DNA of 64,000 bases, taken from Promethearchaeota archaeon (GTDB taxonomy: Archaea > Asgardarchaeota > Lokiarchaeia > Sigyniarchaeales > SOKP01). Each line of letters begins with the position of its first letter. Within the stretch, counting starts at the first letter, position 1. The position numbers were made by a program, and so were the translations under genes. Below the pieces are notes generated by a model that was not told the DNA's origin, made no database searches, and saw nothing but the letters and a program-made list of their open reading frames with translations. This document shows, piece by piece, positions 10,886-21,269 of the stretch. The stretch is from contig JAEOTA010000058.1 in NCBI GenBank assembly GCA_016840085.1, positions 1 through 64,000 on the forward strand. The letters are read 5' to 3'.

Positions 10886-11125
10886 AATTTAATCTTAAAG
10901 TGATAATTGGGATTTTAAAATAAAGATACAAAAAAACTTCTTTTTTGCAAGGTTCTTTTATTAATTGTATTTAAATAAATCTTCCTTTATAAAGGTGGTT
11001 GATCTAAAGAAGATTAATGCTAAAATCACCAAATCTTGATAGTTATAAATATTTATTAGAAAAATCAATTATGAAAAAATTAGTGAAGAAAAAGAATGAA
11101 TCTATTAACTCTTCCGAAATATTAA

Positions 11126-11653
11126 TTATTGCTTTGGAATCTTATCTAAAATTGTTTTTGTTAATTTTATAAAGGCATTTTCAACGTTTTCTCCAGTTTT
11201 AGCTGAAGTAATAATTAATTCCATTGTATTATTTTTAGCAAATTCTAAAGCTTCTTTCTCAGTTATTTTTATTTGATTTTTTAAATCAGATTTGTTTCCT
11301 ATTAGGATAATAGGAGCATCACCCCTTGCATTTCTAAAGTCTTGTATCCATTCGTCAAGTTTTTCAAAAGAATTTTTATCTGTCATATCAAAAATTACCA
11401 GTGCCCCATTAGCTCCCTCAAGATATAAAGATCTTAGAGATTTAAAGGATTCTTGACCTCCCAAATCCCATATCTGAGCAGAAACGCCACCATATCCACC
11501 AATATCCAATTCTTTCTTTAAAAGATTAACGCCAAGCGTGGCTTTATAACTCTCTCTAAATTTATTTTCGATATAGCGATATACAAGTGAGGTTTTTCCC
11601 ACATTCTTTTCTCCTAAAAGAGTAATTTTAATTACCCACTTATTTTCTTCCAT
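11126..11653 (-). CDS. Rab-like small GTPase
   Basis: G1 GEKNVGKTS, G2 TLGV, G3 WDLGGQE, G4 NKSD, G5 TSAK; no C-terminal Cys. Confidence 0.95.
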   Translation of the reverse strand: MEENKWVIKITLLGEKNVGKTSLVYRYIENKFRESYKATLGVNLLKKELDIGGYGGVSAQIWDLGGQESFKSLRSLYLEGANGALVIFDMTDKNSFEKLDEWIQDFRNARGDAPIILIGNKSDLKNQIKITEKEALEFAKNNTMELIITSAKTGENVENAFIKLTKTILDKIPKQ

Positions 11654-11819
11654 TATTAATCAACAAAAAGGGATTTTATATTCAAAATATAGTTTATAAT
11701 TATTAATAATTTTCTACTTATGCTTCTAATAAAATGTAAGACAAAATTCAATACTAAAATAATAGCTAAATTGAAAAAATTATTTGTAGTCGTGTAATTT
11801 TATTTAATCCTTCTGAGCT

Positions 11820-12299
11820 TCATTCTCTTTGATAAACCACCATGAATTCACAATAATTTTTACCTGATTGCAAGCTACACTCCAATTCCTGTGCAAAGCA
11901 ATGTACGTCAGACATTTTTTCCACAACTCCTGCTAATAATCCCGCTTCAAACGAACAAAAACTTCCTGTTGTTTTTATTCCTTTATTAATTAAATCCTTT
12001 ATAGAAGAATGATTTCTCAATTTGAGTTGTACTATTTCTCCCGTGCTCTCAGTAATTTCAACCTCACCAAGTTTATAATCTGAAATAAGATTTTTTAACT
12101 CATCAGGAATTTGATTAGGATCTTTAAGCTCTTTTACTTTTAATATTGTCCCTAATTCATGTCCTAAGTAATAAAATATTGCTTCTAGTTGATGTCCTAA
12201 AGCAAGTAAAGCACCTACTTTCATATCACCAATAGATTTGCCATCTTTTAAATTTTTTGTCATTTGAGCTAAAATTTTAGAAAGTAATTGTCGATCCAT
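11820..12299 (-). CDS. V4R domain protein (Bet3/TRAPP-related fold)
   Basis: 'FYYLGHELG', 'CSFEAGLLAGVV', 'ELECSLQSGKNYCEF' form the V4R C-x-F..G / E-x-x-C...C-x-F signature. Confidence 0.85.
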   Translation of the reverse strand: MDRQLLSKILAQMTKNLKDGKSIGDMKVGALLALGHQLEAIFYYLGHELGTILKVKELKDPNQIPDELKNLISDYKLGEVEITESTGEIVQLKLRNHSSIKDLINKGIKTTGSFCSFEAGLLAGVVEKMSDVHCFAQELECSLQSGKNYCEFMVVYQRE

Positions 12300-12360
12300 T
12301 TCTTTTCACTTAATTTATTATTTTTATTTTAATCAATTTCATATTTTTATATTTTTAAAA

Positions 12361-12660
12361 TTATATTTTAACAGAAGCGATAAACGCATATAATATAGCA
12401 TCTATAATTTCTTCCTCTTGTATATTTACATATAGTCTTTTATCTGCAATTATTAATGTTGGGACTGATGTGATTCTATAATCTAGCATAAATTGACGAT
12501 TCTCTTCTAATTCAATAGATATTTTTTGTATTCTCAATTTCTTTCCAAAATGTGAAATATTTATTTTTTTTAACATTTCTTCAACTGGTCTGCATGGTGC
12601 ACAATGATTTGACGAAAAAAACAAGATTTTCGGATATCCTTGATCAATATCATCATACAT
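12361..12660 (-). CDS. Thioredoxin family protein
   Basis: 'HCAPC' CxxC and cis-Pro loop 'ITSVPTLII'. Confidence 0.88.
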   Translation of the reverse strand: MYDDIDQGYPKILFFSSNHCAPCRPVEEMLKKINISHFGKKLRIQKISIELEENRQFMLDYRITSVPTLIIADKRLYVNIQEEEIIDAILYAFIASVKI

Positions 12661-12663
12661 TGT

Positions 12664-13203
12664 TTAGGCGTCTTTATATTTATTATATAAATCTTTAATT
12701 ATTGCTTGAAACGCTTTATAAACACCGGATCCCGTTTTAGCTGATGTCTTATAGTATCCAAGAAAATTTCTCTCATTTACAATTTTCACTACTTTTTCTT
12801 CGTCTAAATCTTCTTCCTTTACTAAATCTGTTTTATTACCAAACAAAACAATAGGTAATTCACCAGTGTAATTTTTAATATCCTCATACCAGTCCTCAAT
12901 ATGATTAAAACTATCTTCATCTGTATGAGAGAATACAATAATTGCTGCCTTGCTTCCCTTATAGAAAGTAGGTCGCATGAAATCAAATTCTCGTTGTCCC
13001 GCTATGTCCCAAAAGAATAATTTACAATTATTCCCTTCGATTTCTTCATCATATTTTGAAAATTGGGCTCCCAAAGTTTTTATATAATCCTTTTGAAAAC
13101 TTCCTTGAGTGTATTTTTTGATTAAACTTGTTTTTCCAACAGCCCCATCCCCTATAACGGTTATTTTGAAAACAAAGCCTTTTGCAACATCATTATTTAT
13201 CAT
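12664..13203 (-). CDS. Rab-like small GTPase
   Basis: G1 GDGAVGKTS, G2 YIKTLG, G3 WDIAGQ, G4 NKTD, G5 TSAK. Confidence 0.95.
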   Translation of the reverse strand: MINNDVAKGFVFKITVIGDGAVGKTSLIKKYTQGSFQKDYIKTLGAQFSKYDEEIEGNNCKLFFWDIAGQREFDFMRPTFYKGSKAAIIVFSHTDEDSFNHIEDWYEDIKNYTGELPIVLFGNKTDLVKEEDLDEEKVVKIVNERNFLGYYKTSAKTGSGVYKAFQAIIKDLYNKYKDA

Positions 13204-13367
13204 TTAATTCACTCTGTAGTGTTTTTTGAGAATAATATGGTTATTAATGTATTTATTTCGAAAATATAAGATATTATTTTATTATTTATTTTTATTTGTT
13301 ATTAATTTATATTTATGGTATTTTTTATAATAATAATTAATTGTTTTAAATGTTTTCATTGATATAG

Positions 13368-13817
13368 ATGTCTCAAAATCAAAACGATATGATGTTTTGT
13401 GAAGTTTGTACCATGAATTGTTATCCGGTTCGACCTAAATTCAATATTCTAATATTTGGAATTTTTGCTATTACCAATTTAGTAATATTAATTATTATTA
13501 CAATAATCTCTCTCTCTTTTTTTACTGACCTGTTCCTCTTTTTTTATTTCATGTGGGGGTTTATGGTTCTAAATCCCTACCTAATATATTATGGATTGAA
13601 AAAAAAGGAATATTGTCCAAGTTGTTATCGAAAAGTTGTTGAAAAAAATCTAGAATATCAACCATTCGGAGAGAAAAAACCAGAGATATACAAATCTCTA
13701 ACCCCTGTTAAAAAACCTCCAATAAAGTTGTTTTGTCCTTATTGTGGTAATTCCTTAATTGAAGGAACAAAATTTTGTAAGTCATGCGGGAAAAAATTTG
13801 AAATACAAAGGTCATGA
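13368..13817 (+). CDS. Membrane protein with split (LITAF-like) and C-terminal zinc ribbons
   Basis: CEVC - two hydrophobic helices - CPSC, then CPYC...CKSC. Confidence 0.7.
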   Translation: MSQNQNDMMFCEVCTMNCYPVRPKFNILIFGIFAITNLVILIIITIISLSFFTDLFLFFYFMWGFMVLNPYLIYYGLKKKEYCPSCYRKVVEKNLEYQPFGEKKPEIYKSLTPVKKPPIKLFCPYCGNSLIEGTKFCKSCGKKFEIQRS

Positions 13818-13823
13818 TGAATT

Positions 13824-14300
13824 TTGGACGTTTTAAAAAGAATTGAGAAAATAATTAAAAATTTTACTGAAAAAAGTATTCACATTGCTATCGCAGAATC
13901 ATGCACCGGTGGCTATATTTCGAATATGATTACAAATGTTTCTGGGGCTTCAAATATTTTTGAGAGAGGAATTGTGTGCTATAGTAATCGAGCAAAAATA
14001 GATTCAGTTAATGTAAATCCTAAAACAATTGTAGAATATGGTGCTGTGTCTAAAGAAGTTGTAAAACAGCTAGCAAATAATATTAGAGTCCTTTCTAATG
14101 TAGATATAGGAATTGGTATAAGTGGTATCGCTGGACCAACAGGTGGTACACCAGAAAAACCAGTTGGCTTAGTTTTTATAGGATTTTCTACAGAGAAAGA
14201 AACTATAGTAAAAAAATATAGGTTTGAAACAGAACGTATAACTTTTAAGCAAAACGTTCTAGAAAAAGTTATTCAGTTTTTAGAAAATCTTAATCTCTGA
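13824..14300 (+). CDS. cinA: CinA C-terminal domain protein / NMN deamidase (PncC-like)
   Basis: 'AESCTGG', 'SGAS', 'YSN.AK', 'GIAGPTGGTPEKPVGLV'. Confidence 0.93.
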   Translation: MDVLKRIEKIIKNFTEKSIHIAIAESCTGGYISNMITNVSGASNIFERGIVCYSNRAKIDSVNVNPKTIVEYGAVSKEVVKQLANNIRVLSNVDIGIGISGIAGPTGGTPEKPVGLVFIGFSTEKETIVKKYRFETERITFKQNVLEKVIQFLENLNL

Positions 14301-14330
14301 ATTGATAAAAATATAAAATTAATCAAATTT

Positions 14331-15518
14331 TTATTCTTCTATTAATTTACCATTTTCCATAATTGTTTTCTTAGAACCATCTTTGTATTCTACAGTAATA
14401 TTTTCTTTGGGAGCGGTTATAAAATCCCAATGCATCTGAGAGACTGAAGTGCCTCCAAATGATATATTAAACCCAAAAGCAAGATGTACACTTCCATTTA
14501 TTTTTTCATCTGTAAGAATATATCCAACTGGTTTTGTTATTACTGGATTGCAACCTATACCAAGTTCACCAACATTATAAGTCCGAAGCTCTGGAACATT
14601 ATTTTTTCTGTCAATTTCTTCTCTTTGTTTAAATGCATTAATTAATACATCCAGGTTCGTATCCGCAGACAATTTATCAATTATTAATTTTCCATCTTTG
14701 AAAAATAACTCCACATTTTTAATGAACTTATGTGTATACCTTTCTTTTGTTAGCGGAATAAATAACTTACCTTCTCCTTGTTTTTCATGAGGGGGGAAAT
14801 AAACCTCACCAGCAGGTAAATTACCTCCCAAATTTCCCATTGCAATCTGTTCATCTGATATCATTCCATCATCAAGAATTCTTGCTCGATCCTCTATTAA
14901 AACCCAAAAATCTGTTCCATTTTCATCTGTTACATACACTTTCTTAGCATTTACAAATTTATCACCTAAATTTTGTACAATGTTCTTAAATTTGTCTGCG
15001 GGAATACTCATCCCATCAACTATGAATTTTTCAAATAACTCATAATCAATATTGTAAAAATTTGCTGCTTTTTTAGAAGGCCATGCAGCATAGCACCATT
15101 TCTTTCCAGGTGCATATTCTTCCTTAAATCCATAAAGTACATCTCTTTCTGGTGCAATTGATTTTGTATAAGCATCAAGTTTTTCTTTCGGTACTTTAGT
15201 TCGAATAGATGGATCTTCGAGTGGCTCAACAACAATATATGCATCGATATTTTTTATCATCTCTAAATAATGCTTTCTTGTTTTTTCTAATGTTGTTACT
15301 TTTATTCTTTCATCTGTAAACCTTGATTCATCAAAATAATCAGATATAGATGTTATATGTGGAATTCCCCCTTTTCTAAAAACACTTAAACCTATTTCTT
15401 CCAATAATTCATGTGCGTATAAACCGCCTGAAATAAGAACACATTCACCCTCTTTTTTTATACTTATACTTTTAGCAATGTTTTCAGCACATAATTTAAT
15501 CTTTTCTTTAATAATCAT
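14331..15518 (-). CDS. Aminopeptidase, M29 family
   Basis: 'NLPAGEVY', 'GELGIG', 'DEKINGSVHLAFG', 'HWDF'. Confidence 0.92.
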   Translation of the reverse strand: MIIKEKIKLCAENIAKSISIKKEGECVLISGGLYAHELLEEIGLSVFRKGGIPHITSISDYFDESRFTDERIKVTTLEKTRKHYLEMIKNIDAYIVVEPLEDPSIRTKVPKEKLDAYTKSIAPERDVLYGFKEEYAPGKKWCYAAWPSKKAANFYNIDYELFEKFIVDGMSIPADKFKNIVQNLGDKFVNAKKVYVTDENGTDFWVLIEDRARILDDGMISDEQIAMGNLGGNLPAGEVYFPPHEKQGEGKLFIPLTKERYTHKFIKNVELFFKDGKLIIDKLSADTNLDVLINAFKQREEIDRKNNVPELRTYNVGELGIGCNPVITKPVGYILTDEKINGSVHLAFGFNISFGGTSVSQMHWDFITAPKENITVEYKDGSKKTIMENGKLIEE

Positions 15519-15730
15519 AATTTTTGAAAATTAATTATCAATAAAATTTCTTTTCAATTATGAAATATGAATATAATTCTATGAAATCTTGCTTATAATT
15601 AAGTAATAACTGAGAAAATAAGAAAGTCAAAGAATTTATTACATTAAATAGTTATATTTAACGTAGTAAGTTTAAAAATTTTTAATAAGAATATATTTAT
15701 AATTTTCTATTTGAAGAATTAAAATTAAAA

Positions 15731-16195
15731 ATGGTTGTCCGAGAAGCTGGGCTATTATTCCGAGGTTTCACATTAGTGAAGAAGACTTTTCATAAATCAG
15801 ACAAAGGAGAGATTGATCAAGACTTACGCAGTGGACTATTAACTGCTATCATTAGTTTTGCCCAGTCTGCTATTTCGAAAGATTCAATTGAATATTTTGA
15901 GGGTAAGAAGTATATTATTACTTTTTTAGAGGATAAAATTACGGCTGAAGACAGTTTCGAACCAGAAATTATAATGTCATATACTATTTTAGATAAAGGG
16001 AAAAAAATGGAGAAATACATTCGAAAAGTAATTCAACCACTATTAAAGCAGATTATTGATGAATTTAAACTTCTGAATTCAGGTAAAAATTTATCAGAAA
16101 TTTCTCGGTTTAGAGATTTTAAACGGAATCTAGATACTATATTCGGAACTGATACACAAACTGTCGATCAAAAATTAAAAGGAGTTTTTTCTTAA
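15731..16195 (+). CDS. Longin-like single-domain protein
   Basis: 'IDQDLRSGLLTAIISFA' helix motif typical of Asgard longin-like domains. Confidence 0.6.
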   Translation: MVVREAGLLFRGFTLVKKTFHKSDKGEIDQDLRSGLLTAIISFAQSAISKDSIEYFEGKKYIITFLEDKITAEDSFEPEIIMSYTILDKGKKMEKYIRKVIQPLLKQIIDEFKLLNSGKNLSEISRFRDFKRNLDTIFGTDTQTVDQKLKGVFS

Positions 16196-16234
16196 AACTT
16201 TTAAAATTCTTCTTATATAAACGATAAAATATTT

Positions 16235-17182
16235 TTAAACCCGAGACTTTTTTAAGTACCACAATATTATTGGTAATGCAATAGTTGCATCAGAGATAAT
16301 TGTAGAATATTTTGCACTTTCATTAATTTTCCCCCAAGATATTGCTTCTTTTAAGGTTGCACCACTCAATCCTCCAGATTCAGGGCGATCCATTGTAATT
16401 TGAATAGCATAAGATGCCGAATTAGGGCAAAATTGTAGAGATTGCATTATGAAGTTTTTAGGTACTCCACCTCCTACAATGCATATTCCTGCTTTCTTTG
16501 CATCCCACGCTAAATTAACCATTTCGAGCATATCTTTAAAATGATTCAAATTTATTTTTTGATGATGGAACCCAAGTTGTAACGCCAAACCAGAATCAGT
16601 AAAAGCTGGACAAAATATAGGAACTTCTTTCTCAGCGCATATCTTCAAAATAGATTGTGAACTTTTAGGTAGTTGTTGACCAAGATAATATAAAAATGAG
16701 CTCACAGTCATTTGATAATCAGGAATTTTCAATTTTGATATGAAATCTTCAATTCCCTCATACACTTTATTTGGCATAAAAACATCATATATTCTATTAA
16801 TTTCTTCCTTATGTAATTCAGAATCATCGAGATCGTTTGGATTAATATAATCACCTTGCAAATGATGATACCCCAGCGCTTCTGCAAGATCATGCGTTAA
16901 GTTTGCGCCAGTGGTTACTAAAATATCAATAAATCCCTCTTTTATAAAATCATAAATAATTCTTTGCATACCTGCTGGAACCATAGCTCCAGCTAATCCA
17001 AAAAATTTCACACACTCATTATCATTCACCATTTCATTATAGATTTCACAAGCTAGCGCTAGTCTTTTAGCGTTAAATCCTGTGCCTTTGAGAGAATTTA
17101 TAAGTTGTACAATATCCATATCATTAGCAATTTCAAATTGATTAACTTTTTTCCACAATTCTTTTAAATCTTTATTTGGCAT
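16235..17182 (-). CDS. dys: Deoxyhypusine synthase
   Basis: 'TTGANLTHD', 'GGGVPKN', 'GGLSGATLKEAISWGK' with catalytic Lys. Confidence 0.96.
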   Translation of the reverse strand: MPNKDLKELWKKVNQFEIANDMDIVQLINSLKGTGFNAKRLALACEIYNEMVNDNECVKFFGLAGAMVPAGMQRIIYDFIKEGFIDILVTTGANLTHDLAEALGYHHLQGDYINPNDLDDSELHKEEINRIYDVFMPNKVYEGIEDFISKLKIPDYQMTVSSFLYYLGQQLPKSSQSILKICAEKEVPIFCPAFTDSGLALQLGFHHQKINLNHFKDMLEMVNLAWDAKKAGICIVGGGVPKNFIMQSLQFCPNSASYAIQITMDRPESGGLSGATLKEAISWGKINESAKYSTIISDATIALPIILWYLKKSRV

Positions 17183-17196
17183 TTAACTCATTTTTG

Positions 17197-18099
17197 TTAT
17201 TTATTTACAATAAAAGACATAAATTCAACAATTAATTTAGCAGCTAAATTTAAGGTCATTCTGTTTTCTAAATCTAAATTGGGTGCTACTTCAACTAAAT
17301 CATATGCAATAATATTAAAACTTTTAGCAATTTCTCTTAGAATTCTCCACATTTCACGATAAGTAAAACCTCCGGGCATTGCATAACCAGTTCCGGGAGA
17401 AATAGAAGCATCGAAAACATCAATGTCTATTGAAACATACAGGTTTTTAATATTAGATTGTTTAAAAAAACCTATTATACTATCTATATATTTATCTAAT
17501 CCCTCCATTAATTCATAAGCATTAAGGTATTTAATGTCCTCAGATTTCGCTATTTCTAATTCAGCAATATCTATATCCCTTGTTCCTACAATAAATAGAT
17601 TCTTATTATTAATGTAATCTAAATCATAAATTCTATGAGAAAGTGTAGCATGGGAATAAACTCCTTTATCCCATTCTTGGTATAAATCCAAATGAGCATC
17701 AAATACCAGTATTCCAAATTCTTCTTTTTTATGAAAATGATCACCTACTGCTTTAACTACCGGATATGTACAAAAATGATCTCCACCTATCATAATTGGA
17801 ATAACATTGTCATTTTGTTGATAAATACCTTTTATAAATCTCTCAATTGAAAGAAGGTTTTTTTCAATATTCATTGCTTCAATACTTACGTCTCCAATAT
17901 CTACAGCTTTAATTTCTGGAATGTAATACCCTAACTCAGTTGTGTAGCCAATATCATTGGTTACTTTTCTGATATTTTCAGGAGCTATTGAAGAATTGGG
18001 CAAATCTATGGAAGTTAAGTAATCCCATGGTACACCAAAAATTACAAATTGAGTATCTTCTTTTATTTCTTCTCCAAATTCAAAAAAAGTCATGATCAT
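17197..18099 (-). CDS. speB: Agmatinase (arginase/ureohydrolase family)
   Basis: 'GGDH', 'DAHLD', 'SIDIDVFD..PGTG..PGG', 'DLVEVAP'. Confidence 0.9.
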   Translation of the reverse strand: MIMTFFEFGEEIKEDTQFVIFGVPWDYLTSIDLPNSSIAPENIRKVTNDIGYTTELGYYIPEIKAVDIGDVSIEAMNIEKNLLSIERFIKGIYQQNDNVIPIMIGGDHFCTYPVVKAVGDHFHKKEEFGILVFDAHLDLYQEWDKGVYSHATLSHRIYDLDYINNKNLFIVGTRDIDIAELEIAKSEDIKYLNAYELMEGLDKYIDSIIGFFKQSNIKNLYVSIDIDVFDASISPGTGYAMPGGFTYREMWRILREIAKSFNIIAYDLVEVAPNLDLENRMTLNLAAKLIVEFMSFIVNK

Positions 18100-18125
18100 T
18101 AATTAGAATATTATTAATAAAAGAA

Positions 18126-19841
18126 TTACATTTGATCTAAAGTTTCTATCCCTAAAATATTTAGTCCTATTTTAATTACAATCTGTACACAATAAATCAG
18201 TAATAGTCTTGCTTTTTCTAATTCTTCATTTTGAGAAATTACTTGACAAGAGGTGTAGAAAGAATTAAATGATTGACATAGAGTTAATAAGTATTGAGCA
18301 ATCAAATGAATATTATATGTTTTTTCGGCAGAATCTAAGATTTCAGGAAAATAAATTAACTGTTTTAATAGAAATAATTCTTTTTCATGATTTAATAAAT
18401 TCCAATTAATTTTAGGGCTAATTTCAATACTTGATTTTGATATAATCGACGCAATCCTTGCGTAGCAATATTGAATATATGGACCAGTCTCACCTTCAAA
18501 AGAAATACTATCCTTAGGATTAAAGACAAAACCTTTAACAGGATTATATTTTAAAATATAAAGTTTTAAAGCTGCTAATCCTATAATTTCAGCTCTCCTT
18601 TTATTTTCAGAATTAGGAAGGTTTGGATATCTCTTTTCTACCTCTTCAAAAGCTAAATTTTCAACTTGTTCAATAACATCATCTGCATCCACAATCGTAC
18701 CTTCCCTGCTTTTCATCCTACCACTAGGTAACCTTATCATTCCATAAGATAAATGATAATTATCTTCCTTGAACCCTAACATATCTAAAATGGCAAAAAG
18801 CCATTTAAAATGTTGGATCTGCTCATCAGCAACAATATATATTGATCTATCATAATTAAAATCTTCTTTCTTCTTATAAGCTAAATAAATATCTTGAGTA
18901 ATGTAAATTGAGGTTCCATCATTTCGCACTAAGATTTTATCTTTGAGATTATATTTTTCTTTTAATCTAGCGACTATAGCTCCATCTTCAATTCTTTCGA
19001 ATATTCCTTTATCTAATCCTTCTAAGATAATTTTTATACCTCTGAGATACAGATCTGATTCAAAATATTCCTTATTAAAAGAAATTCCTAACTTCTTATA
19101 TGTCTCATTAAAGCCATCTAAAGCCCATCTATTCATTTTCTTCCATAAAGCAATTGTTTCTTCATCTCCTGCTTCCCATAATTTTAATAATTCACGTGCT
19201 TCTTTTTCTAAAGCTTTATCTTGCTTTAATTTTTCACTATATTTCACATAAAAATCTCCAACAAAATGATCACTTTTTCTATTAGGATTTTTATTTTTAC
19301 CCCATTTTTTATAAGCTAACATGCTCTGACATATATGAATTCCACGATCATTATTTAAATTTACTTGGAATACATTATATCCTTTATATTCAAGTAGATT
19401 TGAAAGAGATTTACCTAATAAGATGTTTCTCACATGTCCAAAATGGAGAGGCTTATTTGTATTAGGAGAAGGATATTCGATGACAATTTTTACACGATTT
19501 TCATCTTGAAAGTCTATTTTTAACCTTAATCTGCCATAATCTTCCTTTAACTCGAAAATTTGATTAAGAATATGTTTGTTTTTTACTTTAAAATTCAAAT
19601 ATGGTCCGATTGCTTTAATTTCATCCAAAAAATTAGGTAGTTTCATTTTTTTCTTTAATTCCTCTGCAATAACCTTCGGAGGTTTTCTTTCAAAATTTGC
19701 TAATCTAAAGCAAGGAAAAGCATAAGTATAATTAATTTCTGATGGAGGGATCTCAATTAATGATTCAATTTCCTCTACTGTAAGTTCTGATATATATTCT
19801 TTTAGAAATTCAGCGATAGTCTTTTTATCGATTATATTCAT
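18126..19841 (-). CDS. argS: Arginine--tRNA ligase
   Basis: 'SPNTNKPLHFGHVRN', 'MKSREG', 'FEGETGPYIQY.YAR', C-terminal 'DQM'. Confidence 0.97.
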   Translation of the reverse strand: MNIIDKKTIAEFLKEYISELTVEEIESLIEIPPSEINYTYAFPCFRLANFERKPPKVIAEELKKKMKLPNFLDEIKAIGPYLNFKVKNKHILNQIFELKEDYGRLRLKIDFQDENRVKIVIEYPSPNTNKPLHFGHVRNILLGKSLSNLLEYKGYNVFQVNLNNDRGIHICQSMLAYKKWGKNKNPNRKSDHFVGDFYVKYSEKLKQDKALEKEARELLKLWEAGDEETIALWKKMNRWALDGFNETYKKLGISFNKEYFESDLYLRGIKIILEGLDKGIFERIEDGAIVARLKEKYNLKDKILVRNDGTSIYITQDIYLAYKKKEDFNYDRSIYIVADEQIQHFKWLFAILDMLGFKEDNYHLSYGMIRLPSGRMKSREGTIVDADDVIEQVENLAFEEVEKRYPNLPNSENKRRAEIIGLAALKLYILKYNPVKGFVFNPKDSISFEGETGPYIQYCYARIASIISKSSIEISPKINWNLLNHEKELFLLKQLIYFPEILDSAEKTYNIHLIAQYLLTLCQSFNSFYTSCQVISQNEELEKARLLLIYCVQIVIKIGLNILGIETLDQM

Positions 19842-19968
19842 TTTCAGAGCTGTATTATTTTCAATAACTTTTAATATATAGTAGGGTTGTAAATTTTATC
19901 TGTTTTAATAAATATATCTAAACTAACTCATAAAATTTATGTCATCGATTTGAGGAATTAATTAAATA

Positions 19969-21174
19969 ATGTCATTTAAACAAGATTCTAAGATAGATTT
20001 TCCGAAATGGCCTATTTATGATGAAAATGATGTAAATGCATTAGTAGATGTTATTAAATCAGGAAAATGGTGGTGTGGATCACCAGGTGTTCATGAAGGA
20101 GAAAATGTGTGGTCATTTCAAGAAGAGTTTGCACGATTTCAAGAGGTAAAAGATTGTATAGCTGTAAGTAATGGTACAGTTGCGATTGAGGCTGCTTTAA
20201 TGGCTTTAGATGTTGGTCTTGGAGATGAGGTTATTGTATCAGATTATACCTTTGTCGCATCTGCTTCTGCAATTATAGCTACAAATGCAGTCCCCATATT
20301 TTGCGATATCCATCCTGAATCTTTAGTGATGGATGTTAGCAAGATTGAATCATTAATCACAGAAAGAACTAAAGCAATCATACCAGTTCATTTAGGAGGC
20401 AATCCGGTTGAAATGGATAAATTAATGGAAATTGCCAAAGCAAACAACCTTTCAGTGGTTGAGGATTGTTCTCATGCACATGGATCGAGATATAAAGGAA
20501 AAAGAGTGGGCACTTGGGGAGATGCTGGTACATTTAGCTTTCAAGCCTCAAAAATATTAACCAGTGGAGAAGGTGGAGCAATAATTTGCAACTCTGATAT
20601 ATTAGCGGATAAAATATATTCTTATATAGACTGCGGAAGAAGAAAGAATGATTACTTTTATAATCATTATTCCTATGGTACAAATTATAGGATGGGAGAG
20701 TTTCAAGCGGCTATTCTTAGAGAACAATTAAAAAAATTACCTGCACAACACAAATTAAGAAATAAAAATGCTATATTTTTTAGAGATAAATTAATCTCGA
20801 TTGATGGGATTCAAGTAATGAAGCTCACTCCTGGGACTAACGAATGCGGTTATTATATCTTTCCAATTGCTTTTGAACCTGAAAAATTTAGAGGATTAAC
20901 TAAAGAAGAATTTTATAAAAAGTTAAATGATAACAAAATACCTACTGATGATTGCTACCCTCCTCTACATAGTCTACATTGCTTTAAAGAAATAAAATTG
21001 AAAAAAGATATCGATTATAGTAAGGCAAATTGGGGAGGAAAGAAAAGTGATGATAAAAATTTTCCAGTAGTTTCTGATATTTATTCAAGAAGTGTAGAAT
21101 TTCCCCACGAAATGCTTTTAACCTCAGATTATGAGTTAAATTTAGTAGTAGAATACATAAGATCCTTAAAATAA
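19969..21174 (+). CDS. DegT/DnrJ/EryC1/StrS PLP-dependent sugar/aminocyclitol aminotransferase
   Basis: 'NGTVA', 'EDCSHAHG', 'FSFQASKILTSGEGG', 'GTNYRM'. Confidence 0.93.
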   Translation: MSFKQDSKIDFPKWPIYDENDVNALVDVIKSGKWWCGSPGVHEGENVWSFQEEFARFQEVKDCIAVSNGTVAIEAALMALDVGLGDEVIVSDYTFVASASAIIATNAVPIFCDIHPESLVMDVSKIESLITERTKAIIPVHLGGNPVEMDKLMEIAKANNLSVVEDCSHAHGSRYKGKRVGTWGDAGTFSFQASKILTSGEGGAIICNSDILADKIYSYIDCGRRKNDYFYNHYSYGTNYRMGEFQAAILREQLKKLPAQHKLRNKNAIFFRDKLISIDGIQVMKLTPGTNECGYYIFPIAFEPEKFRGLTKEEFYKKLNDNKIPTDDCYPPLHSLHCFKEIKLKKDIDYSKANWGGKKSDDKNFPVVSDIYSRSVEFPHEMLLTSDYELNLVVEYIRSLK

Positions 21175-21269
21175 CCCTAAAATCTTTTAAAATTAAGCAT
21201 AAATTATTTCAAATAAGTTAATTGGTAACTCCAAGGAAGAAATGAGATTGGATACCTGAATTATATATT

